Origin: a virus
Lineage: Duplodnaviria; Caudoviricetes
IMG/VR virus record: IMGVR_UViG_3300032295_002961
Location: 1 to 31,068 of that record
Reading direction: 5' to 3' (one strand)
Length of the DNA: 31,068 nucleotides
Shown: one piece after another, positions 27,054 to 31,068 of the stretch
Numbering within the stretch: the first letter of the stretch is position 1
Layout: each line of letters opens with the position of its first letter
Notes under the pieces: generated by a model
The model's database searches: none
The model's input: the letters and a program-made list of their open reading frames with translations, nothing else
Told to the model about the DNA's origin: nothing
Made by a program: the position numbers and the translations under genes

Positions 27054-27902
27054 CTATATCGATACTGTTATAAATGTAGTTTTTTCATTTAACTTTCTTT
27101 TGGAAACTATTTTATACTTAGTCTGAGCTAATCCGTCTGAATCTTGATTTATATTTTTTTTGTAAACATCGAAATTCTTATAATATAGATTTTCATTGTA
27201 ATTATGTGCATGTTTTAATGACCTAAAAACACCTTCCCTATGTATAATTACAACTCTGTTATTACTAAAACATCTTCGGTAAAAATCATCATCTTCTAAT
27301 CCCCAACCCCAATAATTTATACTATAGCCATTAATAAGTTTAAACGCCATTTTATCTAATAATAAAACACCACCAAAATAATTAGCTAATTCCTTATATT
27401 CAAACTGTTCTACTAATTTGGCAAGATGTATCGCAATACCGTATTGTTGTGACCCGTCGTCTGAATATCCATAATCAGCAGAAATTGGCATCATGTCTAC
27501 ATCATGGAAACAGAAATAATCACATTCGGATGTTTGCAAAAAACCTATATTATTTAAAATTCCTTTGTTAAATAATTTACCATTCTCCTGTTCGACTATC
27601 GTTATTTTATAGTCTATATTTTGAGAGTTTAGTACTGATGGTACGATATTTAAAAATTCGTTAAGATGGTGTTTTCTATCTCTATATGGGATTATAAGAC
27701 TTAATTTTTTTCTTGTATCGTGTTTCACCAACTTTGGACTAAAATTTACATTTGGATTAACATTCAGAATAGCTTGCTCTTGACTAATACGATATGCAAT
27801 TTCATTTAATTCATCCGTTGATTTTAAATTTGGCATAAATGTTTTTTTATTTTTATCTCTTATCCATTTGTATTTTTCAGAATTTAATTGATTTTTTTTC
27901 AC
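27054..27902 (-). CDS. Glycosyltransferase family 7 (beta-1,4-galactosyltransferase-like)
   Basis: IIPYRDR..HL, EQ..FNKG.L.NIGF, FHDVD, YFGGV and NGYS..YWGWGLEDDDF..R. GTG start. Confidence 0.9.
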   Translation of the reverse strand: MKKNQLNSEKYKWIRDKNKKTFMPNLKSTDELNEIAYRISQEQAILNVNPNVNFSPKLVKHDTRKKLSLIIPYRDRKHHLNEFLNIVPSVLNSQNIDYKITIVEQENGKLFNKGILNNIGFLQTSECDYFCFHDVDMMPISADYGYSDDGSQQYGIAIHLAKLVEQFEYKELANYFGGVLLLDKMAFKLINGYSINYWGWGLEDDDFYRRCFSNNRVVIIHREGVFRSLKHAHNYNENLYYKNFDVYKKNINQDSDGLAQTKYKIVSKRKLNEKTTFITVSI

Positions 27903-27953
27903 TATAATATCCCTAAAATAAAAATTAATTTTTAGTACTTTAGATTATATTAG

Positions 27954-28868
27954 TCAAAATGGTAATATATCTCGTTTTTCTTTAGGACAATGCCTTTCAC
28001 TTTCATTAAAACCACAGAATCGACAATTATTATAGTCCTTTCCACCTATTGCCGGTTGTAAAACATCCAATTTATATTCACCGTCTGTTGTAAAATTATT
28101 TGATATAAACTCTTGAATTTCTTTTTTTATAAAGTTTTGAGACACTTTACCATGTGCTGGTTCAAATCGTTGAACTCGTCTTTTCATAACAGAATATTCA
28201 GCATCTTCATTTACTTTTCTTTTCAGAATTAAATATTCAACTACTATGTCATCGACAGCAACACCATATTGCTCTGCGTAATATGTTTTATAGAGAACTA
28301 ATTGTGATACCTTAACTTTATCATTTTTAGCATAGCTACTCCAACCTCTTGTACTTGTCTTAAAATCATAAATATGAATTTTTCCAGTTAAATTGTTTTT
28401 TATAACCAAGTCTAAATAACCAACCAATTTAACTGTTGAGTGTGATTCTAATGGAACGATATTTATTGGCAATTCTATGCCAATTAATTCATGATCCTTT
28501 TTCTGAAAAAATTCAGACCTTTTAGATCTTAACCAATTTATTATTTCCAATCCATCTGAATAATGCTCATTCATTTCTTCAGTTGTTGAAAAGTGAGTAT
28601 TATTGTTTTCCAAAAGTAATTTTTTGTATTCTTTTCGCATACAGTCTGATAACATAGTTTTTAAATCTAAGCTATCAGCCTCTTTTATAGACAATTCATG
28701 TATCGTCTTAACATAATGTTGTAATGTTTCATGCATTGCTGTTCCAAAAACCAATGCAACAGATGGTATTGAAGCTATTGAAACTTTATCAACATAGTTA
28801 AGTTTCCATCTATGAGGGCATCCTTTCCACATTTGATATTGTGAAAAGGATATTCTTCTGTCACTCAT
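27954..28868 (-). CDS. PD-(D/E)XK exonuclease, Cas4/AddB-like with four Cys
   Basis: ISFSQ..CP, FGTAMHE, E..GYLDLV..IYDFKT, QL.LY and C-terminal CRFC..C. Confidence 0.88.
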   Translation of the reverse strand: MSDRRISFSQYQMWKGCPHRWKLNYVDKVSIASIPSVALVFGTAMHETLQHYVKTIHELSIKEADSLDLKTMLSDCMRKEYKKLLLENNNTHFSTTEEMNEHYSDGLEIINWLRSKRSEFFQKKDHELIGIELPINIVPLESHSTVKLVGYLDLVIKNNLTGKIHIYDFKTSTRGWSSYAKNDKVKVSQLVLYKTYYAEQYGVAVDDIVVEYLILKRKVNEDAEYSVMKRRVQRFEPAHGKVSQNFIKKEIQEFISNNFTTDGEYKLDVLQPAIGGKDYNNCRFCGFNESERHCPKEKRDILPF

Positions 28869-29251
28869 TATTTACCCCACTTACCCGATTGAACGAGTTG
28901 AGCAATAATTCCATATACAGAAATATCTTTGAATGTATCATCAAGACTTTCACCAACCGCATCTTTTGAACCAAACATAATCATTTGCTTATATCTATTT
29001 ATTTTATCGTTCAAACGAAAAAACAAACCTTGTAATGATAACTTACGATCTTCTTCACGTTCCAAATTTGAACCCATTGAAATGTTATCAGGTCCATAGT
29101 TGCTTTGCTTTGCACAAAACAATTCATACTGAGCTTGTTGTATGCGTTTAAACTCTTCAGTCATTATTGGAAATTTTTTTTCCATTTCGGTTACGACTTC
29201 ACTTCTTTTTAAAGATGTGTCTATTTCTTTTATTGACATAACATTCCTCAT
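28868..29251 (-). CDS. DUF1599 / nucleotide modification associated domain 1 protein
   Basis: LF..KQ.NYG..NI, R..DKINR and ES..DT..DI..YGIIA. Alternative start at 29239. Confidence 0.8.
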   Translation of the reverse strand: MRNVMSIKEIDTSLKRSEVVTEMEKKFPIMTEEFKRIQQAQYELFCAKQSNYGPDNISMGSNLEREEDRKLSLQGLFFRLNDKINRYKQMIMFGSKDAVGESLDDTFKDISVYGIIAQLVQSGKWGK

Positions 29252-29700
29252 TTCATATTCTTTAATTGTTTTTCAAATTTTTCAATTTCAGACTCTTTAG
29301 TACCATACATTTTTAAAACATCAACTAATTCAGACGGATTTATTTTTTTTAAATAACCAATATATTCGTATACTTCTTTTCTACTCAATTGGTAATACTT
29401 ACAAAAAATATCTACAAACTCTTGATCCAATTCTATCTTATTTTTAGACTTTATGTATTTAAGATAAAACGATTGTTTAGGTAAAACATCATATAATAAT
29501 TTATAGTATGTTTCAGGGGTTAATATACCACTTGAATATTTTTGAATTTCGTTTATTAATTCTACCAATTCAACTTCCATGGAAAAAAATCTATTTATCA
29601 TGTAGTTGTTCCAAGAAGACCTATCCTCATCAGACAAGTCTTCCCATTTAACTTTTCGGAATGTTACTCCCTTTATATGATCGAATAAATTCTTAGCCAT
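29248..29700 (-). CDS. Clamp loader small subunit-like (T4 gp62-like)
   Basis: LFD.I..YMINRFFSM..NE..Y..LPK..LKYIK..YYQLS..E..EY pattern, adjacent to the clamp loader ATPase. Confidence 0.7.
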   Translation of the reverse strand: MAKNLFDHIKGVTFRKVKWEDLSDEDRSSWNNYMINRFFSMEVELVELINEIQKYSSGILTPETYYKLLYDVLPKQSFYLKYIKSKNKIELDQEFVDIFCKYYQLSRKEVYEYIGYLKKINPSELVDVLKMYGTKESEIEKFEKQLKNMK

Positions 29701-29703
29701 TGG

Positions 29704-29964
29704 TTATCCATTCAACAATTGTTTTGGTAAAAATTCATCATTTACATGTTCACACTTAGTACAAGCATAAGCTGGAATAGGAATTAAACCCGCTTGTCCT
29801 GTTGGTGATAATAGAGCTGACACTTTTTTGAAGAATGTTACTTCCTTAAAAAATTTATTACCACAATTAGAACAAACTAAATCCTGAGCCTCTTGTAAGT
29901 TAACACTAACTTTTTGTGAATCATTAGGCATTTCGCCACCGCCGTTAATATCAAAAATTCCCAT
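29704..29964 (-). CDS. Small zinc-ribbon protein
   Basis: CSNC..F..KKVSALLSPTGQ..PIP..CTKC.HVN.EF. GGAGG RBS present. Confidence 0.75.
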   Translation of the reverse strand: MGIFDINGGGEMPNDSQKVSVNLQEAQDLVCSNCGNKFFKEVTFFKKVSALLSPTGQAGLIPIPAYACTKCEHVNDEFLPKQLLNG

Positions 29965-29966
29965 AG

Positions 29967-30905
29967 TTACCTCCTTTGGTCTATTTCCATAATAATTTGA
30001 ACAAACATTGCCATGGTATTTATTTCATGGTCTACAACAAAACTATCTTTATATTGTGCTTCTGCTAAAATAAGAATTACGGTTGAAACAAATCCAGAAG
30101 CATATTCATCTACGTTTTCATACAAATATCTATACAGTTGACTATAATCTCTTAGGTGTTTATCAGCTAAAATCTGACGTATGCCATCAAATTTTTCTTT
30201 TTTTGTACTATTAGCTTTTAATAAATTAAGTATATTTGAAAAATAATCATGTTCAACTAATATAGTATTATCTATTTGAAGTTTACCTGATATAACAGAT
30301 TGTTGAGTCGTGTTTATGACTCTACGTATATCTGGATATGACATGTTAATTATAGAAACAATGTCATTTTTGTCATATGAAACACTCTCCGTGTCTAAAA
30401 TATTTACCAAGTGTTGTGCAACTTCTTTTTTTGAAGGTGGTACTATATTGAATGTCTGACAACGTGATTGAATTGGATCTATTATTTTTTCAACATAATT
30501 ACATGTTAAAATAAATCGTGTAGTTTTACTAAATGTTTCGATTACATTGCGAAGTGCCGCTTGAGCATTTGGTGTCATGTAATCACATTCATCTAAAATG
30601 ATAATTTTTAATCCACCAAATCCAATTGAAGATGCAAATTGTTTTATCTTGTCTCTGACCGTATCAACCGAGTTTTCATCGGATGCATTTATGTACAAGT
30701 AATTATCTTTTGCTATGGAATTTGCAACTATTTTTGCTAAGGTAGTTTTACCACTTCCAGCACTCCCATACAATAAAAGATGCGGTACATCATTTGATTT
30801 GATATAATTATCGAATGTTTTTTTTATAGTATCATTTCCAACATAAGTTTCTAATGAAATTGGACGATACTTTTCATTCCAAATTGTGTGAGACGTTACT
30901 AACAT
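29967..30905 (-). CDS. Sliding clamp loader AAA+ ATPase (RFC small subunit / T4 gp44-like)
   Basis: W.EKYRP, Walker A GSAGSGKTT, INASDE, Walker B ILDECD, AQAALR and the SRC motif. Confidence 0.95.
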   Translation of the reverse strand: MLVTSHTIWNEKYRPISLETYVGNDTIKKTFDNYIKSNDVPHLLLYGSAGSGKTTLAKIVANSIAKDNYLYINASDENSVDTVRDKIKQFASSIGFGGLKIIILDECDYMTPNAQAALRNVIETFSKTTRFILTCNYVEKIIDPIQSRCQTFNIVPPSKKEVAQHLVNILDTESVSYDKNDIVSIINMSYPDIRRVINTTQQSVISGKLQIDNTILVEHDYFSNILNLLKANSTKKEKFDGIRQILADKHLRDYSQLYRYLYENVDEYASGFVSTVILILAEAQYKDSFVVDHEINTMAMFVQIIMEIDQRR

Positions 30906-30932
30906 ATTTTGCCTTAAATAATTTGTAATCTA

Positions 30933-30964
30933 CAAATATAAGAAATTTTTCTGTAATATCCTAA
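30933..30964 (-). promoter_or_regulatory. Bacteroidota-type promoter (-7 TATATTTG, weak -33)
   Basis: Minus strand TTAG-N20-TATATTTG, 27 nt upstream of the clamp loader ATG. Confidence 0.6.
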
Positions 30965-31068
30965 TTTTTTTTAAAAATAAAAATCGGTTCACGCTTATGA
31001 CCAGCACCCATGACAGATGATAAGATTAGATTTATTTTACCTTCATAAGTAAATCCAGCAACAATCGC
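30961..31068 (-). CDS. C-terminal fragment of a gene truncated by the window edge, possibly a DNA methyltransferase
   Basis: Open frame AIVAGFTYEGKINLILSSVMGAGHKREPIFIFKKN* ending in TAG at 30961. The EPIFIFKK ending recalls phage methyltransferases, but only 35 aa are visible. Confidence 0.45.
   Translation of the reverse strand, partial: AIVAGFTYEGKINLILSSVMGAGHKREPIFIFKKN

Noticed and set aside
14283-27902. Ordinary bacterial O-antigen/EPS locus
   Set aside because: It lacks wzx, wzy, ABC exporter and initiating transferase genes, and is flanked by phage-type clamp loader, endolysin and tail-collar genes.
27954-28868. Cas4-like nuclease as a sign of a CRISPR-Cas system
   Set aside because: No repeat-spacer array or other cas genes are visible, and solo Cas4-like nucleases are common in phage replication modules.
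29967-30905. Archaeal or eukaryotic-virus origin suggested by RFC, RCC1 and GT7
   Set aside because: Bacterial GroEL, a peptidoglycan hydrolase, SD sites, rho-independent terminators and a T9SS domain all indicate a bacterial virus.
1-31068. Stop-codon reassignment (alternative genetic code)
   Set aside because: Standard-code ORFs tile the window densely and recognisable proteins are full length. TAA, TGA and TAG all appear at plausible gene ends.
1-31068. tRNA, rRNA or structured ncRNA genes
   Set aside because: Intergenic gaps are short and AT-rich, and only terminator-like hairpins were seen.

Overview
This window is most consistent with a segment of a large, AT-rich dsDNA tailed phage (T4-like replication module, likely jumbo class) infecting a Bacteroidota/Ignavibacteria-type (FCB group) host. 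It is not well explained as a bacterial chromosome. On the + strand (1-3593) are the 3' part of groEL and three genes sharing an N-terminal 'MIKL..LLE'-type leader: a beta-hairpin repeat protein, a flavodoxin-fold protein and an HhH-GPD-like protein. Everything else is on the - strand. It includes two paralogous structural proteins each carrying an inserted RCC1 beta-propeller, a GH19 endolysin and a tail-collar protein. A two-gene cassette encoding secreted proteins, one with a type IX secretion C-terminal domain, has its own host-type promoter and terminator. Small phage genes follow, then a ~13.6 kb glycosylation island (about 8 clear glycosyltransferases, RgpF-like, aminotransferase, GNAT fusion, O-methyltransferase). 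The window ends with a Cas4-like nuclease, DUF1599/Nmad1 and clamp-loader genes. Two promoter-like motifs recur upstream of genes: TTG-N20-TATATTTG (host type) and ATATTTAT (putative phage type). All family calls are from motif recognition by eye; no database search was run.
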